Shown here piece by piece: positions 40,054 to 49,406 of a DNA stretch of 64,000 bases. This DNA is from Spirochaetia bacterium. GTDB lineage: Bacteria > Spirochaetota > Spirochaetia > DSM-16054 > Sediminispirochaetaceae. Below the pieces are notes generated by a model. That model saw only the letters and a list, made by a program, of their open reading frames with translations, ran no database searches and had not been told where the DNA came from. Position 1 is the stretch's first letter. Every line of letters begins with the position of its first letter. Where the stretch lies: NCBI GenBank assembly GCA_034520965.1, contig JAXHMY010000001.1:736001-800000 (forward strand). The letters run 5' to 3'. Both the position numbers and the translations under genes were made by a program.

Positions 40054-42126
40054 TCAGTCCAGGACAAAGCGAATCTTAAAACACTTTTCCTTTGTTCCCC
40101 CGGCCTCAATCTCGAACTCGCCGTTCAACTGCCGGGAGAGGCCGCTAATCAGGGAATGACCGATGCTCCGGCTCTTCTGATCATAGTCCGCGGGCAAATC
40201 GACCCCGTCATCACATACCCTCAGCTCATACTGCGCCTGCCCCGTAGATGCCAGCTGCACCCGTACATGACCCCGCCCGTCCCCGGGAAAGGCGTACTTT
40301 AGGGCATTGGTCAACAGTTCGCTAAAGATCATCCCCAGGGGAATCACCATCTTTACCGGCAGCCAGAGGGCATTGTCCACTTCGAAGATCAGGACAACTT
40401 TTTCCCGCTTGGCTCCGTCGGCCTCCAGAAGACTCTCGCCCAGTTCCTGCAGATACGAGCCGGCCTCCACCGCCTTGTCCTGGGAACTGCTGTAGAGCAT
40501 CTCGTGGACCAAACCAACCGCCCGGATACGCCCCTTCACCTTACTCAGTATTTCCGCAGCCTGCCTCGGCTCCGACTGCTCCTGGCCGGCGGACCGCTCC
40601 GACTGCTCCTGCAGCGAAGCCAGCTCCAGGTTCAGCATACTGTCCAGCATCATCAGGTTATTCTTCACCCGGTGGTTAATCTCCCGTACAAAGGCCTTCT
40701 CCCTTTCAACCTTCTGCTGCAAAAGCTGTTTCTCATGCTGTTCAACGGTGATATCCCGGGCAATTCCAACTGTTTTGTTTAGAATTCCGTAGGGGTCCCG
40801 TACCGGAAACAGCTCGCTCCGAATCCAGCGCTCACCGCCTTCCCCGTCAAACAGCCGATACTCAACCGCCCCCATTTCCTGCTCAGAGTTCAACTTCTCC
40901 AAAAACCCTTCCACCCCGGCCCTGTCATCGGGATGGACCCGCTGCAGCCACAACTCAGGGTTCTTCTGCAGCCCCTCGGCGCTTACCTGAAACAGCCGTT
41001 CACAGGCCGGGTTCAGGTACAGGGTCCGCTGCGGATCGATCTCCTCCAGCCAGGCGGCCTCTCCAATATTTTCTATAATGGTGCGAAACATATAGCTGTG
41101 CTGGTCCAGCTCATCCTGCAGCATCTTCTGCTCGGTAATATCGTGGCCAACCCCCAGTGTTCCCATAAACTCACTTTCCCCGGTGCGGCCGCTGTACAGC
41201 CCCTCCGCATCAATTAAAAGCACCGGTTCCCTCGGGAGGGAGCGATTGTATAACCTAAAAAAGACGGTGTGATTATTGCCCGTCTGCAGCCGCACCTCGA
41301 ATTTTCGGGTACGGCGGCTGCCGGTGCGCCGCTCCGCCAGCTTCCATTTCGCCTTCTCCCGGTCGGCGGGATGCACTATATCCAGTATATGCCGTCCAAT
41401 CAGCCCCTGGCGCTCGTAGCCGTAGCGCTGCACCGCCTGGTTAATAAACTCAATCCGGCCATCTCTGTCCAAATGATAGATTATATCGGGCATTCTATCG
41501 GTTGCCTGAAGAAGTGAGTCATAGGCAGGCTGCTTCGCCTGTTCTTCATTACCGCAGATGCTCAGCAGTTTTAACACAGAATCCTGTTCGGAATACACCC
41601 GCTGCAGACATAACGAGAGCATCGACCCCAAGGTCTCTACTTCGACCCGATTCTCCAGCTCCTGCTTCTGTCCGCAAATAAACACTAAATCGGCAATCGG
41701 CCCGTTATGGTCGTGCAAGGCCAACACATAGGTCTTGCCTAGTTTGAACAGCTTGGCCATCTGTTGACAGACTTTTTCAGGGACCTGACTGCCCGCCAGA
41801 CTGCATAGGTGATCAAACTCAACAATCCCCTCGGCATCAAAGGCCTCTTTAATCTGCGGGTCAACGGTATACGCAGCCCCGGTCAGGGAAAAGCCGAATA
41901 GTTCCCCCGCTTTTTGTAGAGTCTCCTTTACCCCGGCAATAGCCCGGGTGGTAGTGTGTTCACCATAATCCGAGACTTCGTTCAGGGCAACAAAGCGGGC
42001 CCCGCTCAAAACCCGAAAAAGCTCGGCAATCTCCAAGTAATCTATCGAACGGTGACTGCACCTGGATAAACTCCGGGCGGCCTCGCGTATAAACTCCTGG
42101 GGCTGTTCAATCTTTTCAGAATCCAT
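40054..42126 (-). CDS. Soluble PAS-domain sensor histidine kinase (HisKA_2/HWE-like)
   Basis: Two PAS/PAC domains; H-box EINHRVKNNL, N-box ELLTNALKYAF, G1 DDGV. Confidence 0.88.
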   Translation of the reverse strand: MDSEKIEQPQEFIREAARSLSRCSHRSIDYLEIAELFRVLSGARFVALNEVSDYGEHTTTRAIAGVKETLQKAGELFGFSLTGAAYTVDPQIKEAFDAEGIVEFDHLCSLAGSQVPEKVCQQMAKLFKLGKTYVLALHDHNGPIADLVFICGQKQELENRVEVETLGSMLSLCLQRVYSEQDSVLKLLSICGNEEQAKQPAYDSLLQATDRMPDIIYHLDRDGRIEFINQAVQRYGYERQGLIGRHILDIVHPADREKAKWKLAERRTGSRRTRKFEVRLQTGNNHTVFFRLYNRSLPREPVLLIDAEGLYSGRTGESEFMGTLGVGHDITEQKMLQDELDQHSYMFRTIIENIGEAAWLEEIDPQRTLYLNPACERLFQVSAEGLQKNPELWLQRVHPDDRAGVEGFLEKLNSEQEMGAVEYRLFDGEGGERWIRSELFPVRDPYGILNKTVGIARDITVEQHEKQLLQQKVEREKAFVREINHRVKNNLMMLDSMLNLELASLQEQSERSAGQEQSEPRQAAEILSKVKGRIRAVGLVHEMLYSSSQDKAVEAGSYLQELGESLLEADGAKREKVVLIFEVDNALWLPVKMVIPLGMIFSELLTNALKYAFPGDGRGHVRVQLASTGQAQYELRVCDDGVDLPADYDQKSRSIGHSLISGLSRQLNGEFEIEAGGTKEKCFKIRFVLD

Positions 42127-42171
42127 ACTCCAATCTTCGCTGCTTTCCTGGCCGAAGTAAATACTGACGAT

Positions 42172-42690
42172 TTATTTTAACAAATTTAGTTTCTTTAACT
42201 TCGGCCGAATCACAAAGGTACAATACCCGGCATAGGGGTGCTTCTCAAAGTAATGGTGATGATACTCTTCGGCGGGATAAAAAGTATCCAGAGGTTTCAC
42301 CTCGGTAACCACAGGGCCCTCAAAATACCCCGATTCCTCCAGGGCCTGCTTCGACTCCTCCGCCGCTTTCCGCTGCTGCTCGTTATGGTACAGGATAATC
42401 GAGCGGTACTGTGAGCCTACATCGGCCCCCTGGCGGTTGACCGTCGTGGGGTCGTGGGCCTTCCAGAAGGCATTCAAGATATCATGGTAACTCAGCTTCT
42501 CCGGGTCAAAGCTAATCTGGACTACCTCGGCATGGCCGGTGGTCCCGGTGCTCACACTTTCGTAACTTGGCGAGTCGGTGCTGCCGCCGGCATAGCCGGG
42601 CACCACCGACTCAACCCCATCTAGGCGCTCAAAAATTGCCTCTAAACACCAAAAGCATCCGCCCCCGAGGGTTGCGTATTCTACTGCCAT
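42172..42690 (-). CDS. msrA: Peptide-methionine (S)-S-oxide reductase
   Basis: GGGCFWC, GHAEVVQ, NRQGADVGSQYRS and AEEYH. Confidence 0.96.
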   Translation of the reverse strand: MAVEYATLGGGCFWCLEAIFERLDGVESVVPGYAGGSTDSPSYESVSTGTTGHAEVVQISFDPEKLSYHDILNAFWKAHDPTTVNRQGADVGSQYRSIILYHNEQQRKAAEESKQALEESGYFEGPVVTEVKPLDTFYPAEEYHHHYFEKHPYAGYCTFVIRPKLKKLNLLK

Positions 42691-42774
42691 ACAAATTCTC
42701 CTTTATGTATAAAATACAAAATTTTTTGAGTTCCGGCAGTAAATACCTTACTATTTTTTTAATCTATCAATAGG

Positions 42775-43752
42775 TTAATATCCTGCTTCAATGTCGGCCT
42801 CGAACAACAGTGAGCCGTCGCTCACAAAGCGGCGCAAATTCTCACAGGCTTGCTCTATTCCCTTCCCGGCAGCCTGGGCGGTAAAACCGGCGGCATGGGG
42901 CGAGTTCACTATAGAATCCATCCGGTGAATTGGGTAGTGCGAGGGGGCCCCCTCGGTTCCCTCCGGGGGATAGTTGTACCAACAGTCAATGGCGGCACCA
43001 CCCAGACTACCCGATTTGAGGGCTTCGTACAGAGCCGTCTCATCCACAATTGACCCACGGCCGATATTTACCAAGAGCTTGCCCTGCATACGCTGCAATT
43101 CCGCCCTGCCCAGCAGTGCCTTAGTTGAATCGGTAGCCGGAAGGGCTACCACCAGCAGGTCGCACTGCTCAATTGCCTCGTCAATTGAGTAGACCATGGA
43201 ATCGAAGCCCTCCGGGGGCTCCTGAACCCGGGTGCGCTTGTAACCGATTGTCTTTACCCGAAAGGCCTTTAAGAGCTGGGCGGTATATTTTCCTATCTCT
43301 CCGGTACCCAGAATAGCAGCTGTCTTTCCGTCTAGCGACTCCCAGGTATCTTCCAAACCCTTGCCTACCCAGAAGCCGTGCCAATGCTCCTCCCGCAAAT
43401 CGTTGTGGAACTCTATAATGCGGCCGTAATAGGCCAGAATCATCGCCACCGTTCTTTCGGCCACATAGAAAGCGTTACCGTGGGAGTTGGCCACCCTCAC
43501 CCCGCGCTTTCGCAGCAGGTCGAAGGGCAGGTGGTTTACCCCGGTAAAGGGCACTATCACTAAAGACAGCCTTTCCGCCCGTTCAAAGACCTCACGGGCT
43601 ATTTTTCCGCCGATAATTACATCGGCCTCGGGGATATGCCGGTCCGCCTGGTTCAGGTCGGTGATAATTTCAAGGCTCGGAAACTCCTTCTGTATCGGCT
43701 CGAGAAACTCACGCCAGATTCGATTTACCTTTTGATAAAAGACGACTTTCAT
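42775..43752 (-). CDS. D-2-hydroxyacid dehydrogenase
   Basis: GTGEIG Rossmann motif, NIGRG, AAIDCW and SPHAAG. Confidence 0.9.
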   Translation of the reverse strand: MKVVFYQKVNRIWREFLEPIQKEFPSLEIITDLNQADRHIPEADVIIGGKIAREVFERAERLSLVIVPFTGVNHLPFDLLRKRGVRVANSHGNAFYVAERTVAMILAYYGRIIEFHNDLREEHWHGFWVGKGLEDTWESLDGKTAAILGTGEIGKYTAQLLKAFRVKTIGYKRTRVQEPPEGFDSMVYSIDEAIEQCDLLVVALPATDSTKALLGRAELQRMQGKLLVNIGRGSIVDETALYEALKSGSLGGAAIDCWYNYPPEGTEGAPSHYPIHRMDSIVNSPHAAGFTAQAAGKGIEQACENLRRFVSDGSLLFEADIEAGY

Positions 43753-43789
43753 AGATCCTCCTAGTTTATGCGGTTATTTATGAAGTATA

Positions 43790-45090
43790 GGCTGTCCCGA
43801 AGCTTATTGAATTTTTTTCACACCGAAATTGAAGCAGCGCCCCGTTTTTACCCCTCTATATAGGTATACCACCTAAAAGGAGGATTAAGAGAATGATCAC
43901 ACCACCATTTTGTCCCTATAAGGAGTGCTCCCAGCACTTTGAAGCCGAGCACCGGCGAAATTGGTATAGGTGCTATGGACACCATTGTACAGAGGCTTTT
44001 GGGAAAGTTCAACGCTACCAATGCTTGGCCTGCAAGCGTACCTTCAGCGATCAGACCTTCAGCTTAAACTATTACGCGAAACGAGTTATATCCTACGAGC
44101 AGATATTCCGCCAGCTCAGGTCCACCGCCGGGATTCGCGATTTATCCCGCAATCTGGAAATTTCCCGCGGCTCGGTCGAAAACCGACTCTTTCGTATGGC
44201 TCACTGGGCCCTTGGCTTTCATGCCTTAAGCCGTCAGCATATGCACCTTAAGGAGGACCTGGTGGCCGACGGTTTTGAGGGCTACCTGCACAGCAGGTAT
44301 TTTCCCCACCACCTGAATATTCTCATCGGCAAAGAAACCCAGTACTTCTACGCAATGGACTTTACCACCCTGCGCCGAAAGGGTCGTATGAGCCCTTCTC
44401 AAAAGCTTTTTCGGCGGTTTCTCGATCGTGTGTGCCGCCCCGATCCGAAGGGGATTGAAAAGTCGATGGCCAGGCTCGCCGAAGAGATTCTGCATCTGTT
44501 TGCAGGCCGTCATAAAACAGTTCTCAAGGTGTATACCGATGATCACCAGGCCTACCCGCGGGCTTTTCGCCGGCACAAAGCCTTTGCTCAGTTGCTTCGG
44601 CAGGGGAGTATCATCCACGATGCGGCAAAGGAACTGAACAGCCGGGGCCGGGTAAATAAACTGTTTGCTGTAAACTATATGGATAGGCAATTTCGAAAGG
44701 ATATTGTCAATTATGTGCGCTACACGGTGAATACGGCCAGAAATGCAATGCTCTTTCTGGGCAGCCGGCTGCGTGTATCGGCTCCACCATAATTGCATAA
44801 AGCCCTACCGGGAGAACCACCCCAAGGCCGGGAAGTGGCACTGGAATCTAGCCGGGGTGAACGGTAATCTCGTAGCCCCGATGCTTGAGAGCCGCTTCGT
44901 GTGGAGACCCTTTGTCACATTTCTGGACCTTACTCCCGGGGAGAAGGGCTTATGGTTTCGCTTGTATCGTACTCCCCTCAAAAAGGGAAGGGAGTATCTT
45001 CCAAAATATGCATATAGCTGAAAGAGGACTTTAGGTTAATTATGTCCAACGCGGTAAGCGCCGATAAAATCAATAAGCTTCGGGACAGTC
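43790..45090 (+). mobile_element. Insertion sequence (1301 bp) with 21-bp terminal inverted repeats
   Basis: IRL GGCTGTCCCGAAGCTTATTGA (43790-43810) and IRR TCAATAAGCTTCGGGACAGTC (45070-45090), 20/21 match; flanked by TA on both sides; encloses one transposase-like gene. Confidence 0.88.
43893..45021 (+). CDS. IS1/IS1595-like transposase (Zn-ribbon, HTH, DD[N] domain), frameshift near 44770
   Basis: CPYKEC...QRYQCLACKRTFS, HTH GIRDLSRNLEISRGSV, ADGFE, YTDDHQAY and N-x6-R (VNYMDRQFR); C-terminus YRLHHNCIKPYR in ORF 44743..45021. Confidence 0.8.
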
Positions 45091-45098
45091 TATTGATG

Positions 45099-46253
45099 TT
45101 ACCCTTTGATTACCGCCAGCGGCGAAAGCTCAACCAATATTTTTACCAGATCCCGCTGATGCCCCATTACATCGGAGATGTTCTTATAGGCCCCCGCCGC
45201 TTCATCCAGATCTTTGCTGCTGCGAAGGTTGTGAAGAATACCCTGACGGTCCATACGGCTGCGCTCTTTCTGCAGATCGAGGTTGCGCTGGGCAGCCTTC
45301 CGACCCATCACCCGTCCGGCCCCGTGGGAACAGGAACAAAAGCTCTCCGGATTACCGAGCCCTTCAACGATATAGCTGTTGGTCCCCTGGCTCCCCGGAA
45401 CTATGCCGCACTGCCCCTTGCGGGCGGAGGTAGCCCCCTTGCGGTGGACTACCACCTCTTGCCCAAAATGCTGTTCGAGGGCTGCAAAATTGTGGTGAAT
45501 ATTTACCTCATCGCCAAAACTCACCCGCGAATAGTAACGCTTTACCACCGACTGCACCGTGTGCAGCATATGGGCCCGGGAGGCGGCGGCAAACTCCTGG
45601 GCAAACTGCATCGAGGCAAAATACTCATTCGCCGCCGGGCTGCCTAAAAACAGCGGTGCCAGCTGAATATCCGGCAGTTCCTCTTTCAGTTCTTCCTTCA
45701 CCTGCGCTTTGGCTCGGCGGTAATACTCCTTGGCAATGGTATAGCCAAAGTTCCGACTGCCCGAGTGCAGCATTATCCACACCCGCCCATCACTGCCCTG
45801 CTGCAGCTCGATAAAGTGGTTCCCCCCGCCGAGGCTACCCAGCTGATAACGGGCCGAATCGAGCTCCTGCTGCACCACCGTGGTATGGGGAGCTTCCCCG
45901 AAGCCCTCCCACTGCTGGGGAGTTTTGTGGTGCTTAAAGCCCACCGGTATGAGCGCACGCAGGTCGTCCACTATTTTCTGCAGTTTGTCGTGGGAAACGC
46001 CCTCAAGGGAAGTCTGTACCGCGTTCATGCCGCAGCCGATATCCACTCCCACCGCATTGGGTATCACCGCATCTGTAGTTGCCAACACCCCGCCGATAGG
46101 CATGCCGAAGCCCTGGTGGGCATCGGGCATAATGGCGATGTGGTGATAGGCGTAGGGTAAATTAGCTATATTCTTGGCTTGGGCCAGGGCGCCCTGTTCA
46201 AGTGTGTCGAGCCACAGCTTGATGGGAACCCCTTCCGTATGTATCTCAAACAT
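45099..46253 (-). CDS. rtcB: RNA-splicing/repair ligase RtcB family
   Basis: [42 protein letters not shown] and DEA..AYK. Confidence 0.94.
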   Translation of the reverse strand: MFEIHTEGVPIKLWLDTLEQGALAQAKNIANLPYAYHHIAIMPDAHQGFGMPIGGVLATTDAVIPNAVGVDIGCGMNAVQTSLEGVSHDKLQKIVDDLRALIPVGFKHHKTPQQWEGFGEAPHTTVVQQELDSARYQLGSLGGGNHFIELQQGSDGRVWIMLHSGSRNFGYTIAKEYYRRAKAQVKEELKEELPDIQLAPLFLGSPAANEYFASMQFAQEFAAASRAHMLHTVQSVVKRYYSRVSFGDEVNIHHNFAALEQHFGQEVVVHRKGATSARKGQCGIVPGSQGTNSYIVEGLGNPESFCSCSHGAGRVMGRKAAQRNLDLQKERSRMDRQGILHNLRSSKDLDEAAGAYKNISDVMGHQRDLVKILVELSPLAVIKG

Positions 46254-47241
46254 TTCCTATAGTGGCAACCATAACCGCCTTAATCGTATGCATACGATTT
46301 TCCGCCTCGTCAAAGACCACCGAGTGGCGGCTGCGGAAAACTTCATCGGATACTTCCATCTCCTGCAAACCGAACTTCTCCTGGATTTCCTTGCCGATAC
46401 TGGTTTCAGTGTCATGGAAGGCAGGCAGACAGTGCATAAAAACCACATCGTTGTTGCCGGTTTGCTTCAGCATGCTCATATCCACCCGGTACTTCTCAAG
46501 CAATTTTATGCGCTGTTCAAACTGCTCTTCCTCACCCATCGAAACCCATACGTCGGTGTACAACACGTCCGCGTCTTTTACCCCTAGGGCTATGTCGTCG
46601 GTAAACTCTATAGAAGCCCCGGATTCTTTGGCCACCTTCTGCATCTCGTCGACCAGCTCCTTGTCCGGCAGCAGCTCCGCGGGGGCTATTCCTACAAACT
46701 GCATCCCCAGTTTCGCAGCCCCTATCATGAGCGAACGGCCCATATTATTACGGGCATCGCCGATAAACACAAATTTCACCTTATTCAGAGGTTTGTTCAC
46801 CGATTCACGTACCGTCAAAAAGTCGGCTAATATTTGGGTCGGGTGATACTGATCGGTCAAACCGTTCCATACCGGCACCCCGGAGTACTTGGCCAGCATC
46901 TCCACCGTCTCCTGCTTAAACCCGCGAAACTCAATTCCATCGTAGTATCGTCCCAGTACTCCGGCGGTATCCTCAACGGACTCCTTCTTGCCCATTTGAC
47001 TGTTGGTTAAAAAGGTGACCTTCGCGCCCTCATCATAGGCCGCCACCTCAAAGGCGCAGCGGGTTCTGGTAGAAGCCTTTTCAAACAGCAGGACAATGTT
47101 CTTTCCATCCAGCAGGTTCCCTTTCAGTCCCGCCCGCTTTTTCCGTTTAAGGTCCTCGGATAGGTCCAGTAGATACAAAATTTCCTCTCGGCTATAGTCC
47201 TTCAAGCTTAACAGACTGCGCCGCCTCAAATTTACCGGCAT
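46246..47241 (-). CDS. argF: Ornithine carbamoyltransferase (likely catabolic ArcB role)
   Basis: [24 protein letters not shown] and AENRMH; SD GGGAGG. Confidence 0.95.
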   Translation of the reverse strand: MPVNLRRRSLLSLKDYSREEILYLLDLSEDLKRKKRAGLKGNLLDGKNIVLLFEKASTRTRCAFEVAAYDEGAKVTFLTNSQMGKKESVEDTAGVLGRYYDGIEFRGFKQETVEMLAKYSGVPVWNGLTDQYHPTQILADFLTVRESVNKPLNKVKFVFIGDARNNMGRSLMIGAAKLGMQFVGIAPAELLPDKELVDEMQKVAKESGASIEFTDDIALGVKDADVLYTDVWVSMGEEEQFEQRIKLLEKYRVDMSMLKQTGNNDVVFMHCLPAFHDTETSIGKEIQEKFGLQEMEVSDEVFRSRHSVVFDEAENRMHTIKAVMVATIGNV

Positions 47242-47262
47242 AATCAACCTCCCTTGTTATAT

Positions 47263-48471
47263 CTATATTGAGTCCCGCAACAGGGGCATACTCATACAGC
47301 GCGGACCACCGCGTCCGCGCACCAGTTCGGATCCTTCAATCTCCACCACTTCAATACCGTTTTCTAGCAGAGTCCTGTTCGAGGCGGTATTGCGATCATA
47401 GGTCATTACCTTCCCCGGAGCCAAGGCCAGGGTATTGGTGCTGTCGTTCCACTGCTCCCGGGCAGCGGTTAAATCATCATCTCCTCCGCTCTCGATCAAT
47501 CGTACCGCCGAAAGCTGCAGCGCATCCTTCAAGGCCTCTTCCAAGCTGTCGAGAGGATGGACCAGGACTACACCGCCGCTGCCGGGCTCCAACTTAAACA
47601 CCGAGACTTTTCGGCGAATCTCCGGAAAAACTGAAAAAGCATCGTGGTCTACCATGGTAAACACAGTATCAAGATGCATATATTCCCGCCGGAAGGGTAT
47701 CTGGATTACCAGCACCTGGCTGTAGCCTCCTGCAAACAGGCGCTGGGCCAAGCGTTCAATACCTTCGGTACTGGTTCGCTGGCTGCAGCCGACGGCTACC
47801 GTATGCGTGTTTAATACAAGGATATCCCCGCCTTCTATAGTATCAAGGTCGGAGTAATGATACCACAGGGTCAACGGGCTTTCATTAAATTTCGGATGGT
47901 GACGATAGATTGCAGACAAGAGGCGTGTCTCCCGCATTCTGGCCGGGGCCTTCATTGCATTAATTGCAAGACCGGTCCCTATAATCGCCCCTGGGTCACG
48001 GGCAAAGTAGAGGTTGGTCAGGGGGTTGATATAGAAGGGGTGGGCATCCTTTACAAAATGAGCTAAGCGGCTCCCGTCGGCGGGATGCAGATCCTGCTTG
48101 CGCAGTCCGGTGATCATCACATCGACAAAGCGGTGGCCCTCCAAAGCTTCCAGGTACTCCACAAGGTCGTGCCTGAGCTCTTGATCGCCAATCCGGCATT
48201 CGGCAACCACCTCTTCGGTAAGCTCATTACGGACCTCCGGCTGCCGGCAGACATCCTCCAGCAGGTCGCGGTAGTACCACACTTCCGCCCCATGGCTGCG
48301 GAGGGACTCCGCAAAGGCATCGTGCTCTTCCTGAATCTTTTTTAACCACGGGATGTCTTCAAACAGCATCTCCAGCAAGTAGCGCGGGGTAAGCTGTTCA
48401 AGCTCGCTTCCCGGCCGATGCAGCAGTACCCGTTTCAAGCTTCCTATCTCTGATTGAACTTCAAACTTCAT
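47263..48471 (-). CDS. arcA: Arginine deiminase
   Basis: SEIGSLKRVLLHRPG, FARD, IEGGD, MHLDTVF, EQWND and GRGGPRCMSMPL. Confidence 0.95.
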   Translation of the reverse strand: MKFEVQSEIGSLKRVLLHRPGSELEQLTPRYLLEMLFEDIPWLKKIQEEHDAFAESLRSHGAEVWYYRDLLEDVCRQPEVRNELTEEVVAECRIGDQELRHDLVEYLEALEGHRFVDVMITGLRKQDLHPADGSRLAHFVKDAHPFYINPLTNLYFARDPGAIIGTGLAINAMKAPARMRETRLLSAIYRHHPKFNESPLTLWYHYSDLDTIEGGDILVLNTHTVAVGCSQRTSTEGIERLAQRLFAGGYSQVLVIQIPFRREYMHLDTVFTMVDHDAFSVFPEIRRKVSVFKLEPGSGGVVLVHPLDSLEEALKDALQLSAVRLIESGGDDDLTAAREQWNDSTNTLALAPGKVMTYDRNTASNRTLLENGIEVVEIEGSELVRGRGGPRCMSMPLLRDSI

Positions 48472-48575
48472 ACCCCATTTATACACCTTTTGCCCGTTAA
48501 TTGCGACCTTTATAATACTGCAGTTTTTTGTAATGGGACTTGAAGAAAAGCAAAAGCTGCACTACCTTCTTACCC

Positions 48576-49403
48576 ATGAAAAGAATAATATTTGCACTTT
48601 GTGCTGCACTCTTATTAGTTCCATTGTCTGCGGCGGCGGAACAGCCCGCTTTCTCCGATACTCTCGCTTCAATGGAAGCGCTGTTCACCTCGGACACCCT
48701 GTCACAGCTGGAGGAAAACCGCAACGATGGGAAGGCGGGGTTCAACCGCTTTTTTACCTCCGACGGTCGGGCGACCCACCTTCCGGGGGTAGATATTGCG
48801 GGAGACCTCATTCAGGCGGCTTATTCGGTCGACTATGCCGTCGGGGTGGAATCTTTGTACCTGATTCCCTGGCAGGATGTCAGTCCCAGGCTCACTAAGC
48901 TGTCCCGGCAGGAGTTTCGTCTGGAAATATACAACACCCTCCGTAAAATCAGCAGCCTGGAAGGCATTGAATATTATTCGGCCTCCCGCGAGCGAATGCG
49001 CACGCTCTTCGCCGAAAGCTGGGCTATCAATAATCCCGAGGACCAAAAGAAGCTTGACGATCCCCTGGTCAGCAGCATTCCCGAAGAGGATAGCATCTAT
49101 ATCCATCAAAAGGACCTTACCTTCGGGAAAAATATTTCCGAGGTTCATTACCAGAGTTCGGGTGACTATTTCCGCATGAATATTGTGAACCTTACTAGCA
49201 TGACCTACATGTTTTTCCCGGTAGTCGGGAAGGAGAACATGTCGATGCAGTTGTTAATTGTACCCGTTCAGGAGGGAATTGCCTTCTACGGTCTTAATAC
49301 GGTGGATGTAATGAAGCTCAAGATATTCTACGATAAAATGCGCGACTCATTCACCAATAGAATGGTCGCGCTGTACAATTGGTTCCTTACCGAGCTGCAG
49401 TAA
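48576..49403 (+). CDS. Exported DUF6675-like spirochaete protein
   Basis: Signal peptide; GVESLY, ISSLEGIEYYSASR and DLTFG motifs. Confidence 0.7.
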   Translation: MKRIIFALCAALLLVPLSAAAEQPAFSDTLASMEALFTSDTLSQLEENRNDGKAGFNRFFTSDGRATHLPGVDIAGDLIQAAYSVDYAVGVESLYLIPWQDVSPRLTKLSRQEFRLEIYNTLRKISSLEGIEYYSASRERMRTLFAESWAINNPEDQKKLDDPLVSSIPEEDSIYIHQKDLTFGKNISEVHYQSSGDYFRMNIVNLTSMTYMFFPVVGKENMSMQLLIVPVQEGIAFYGLNTVDVMKLKIFYDKMRDSFTNRMVALYNWFLTELQ

Positions 49404-49406
49404 ACT

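Noticed and set aside
44740..44795. Programmed -1 frameshift in the transposase
   Set aside because: There is no A6C or X XXY YYZ slippery site at the break, which falls late in the catalytic region; an error or decay is more likely.
45042..45647. 201-aa plus-strand ORF starting inside the IS end
   Set aside because: It is antisense to rtcB and has no recognisable motifs.
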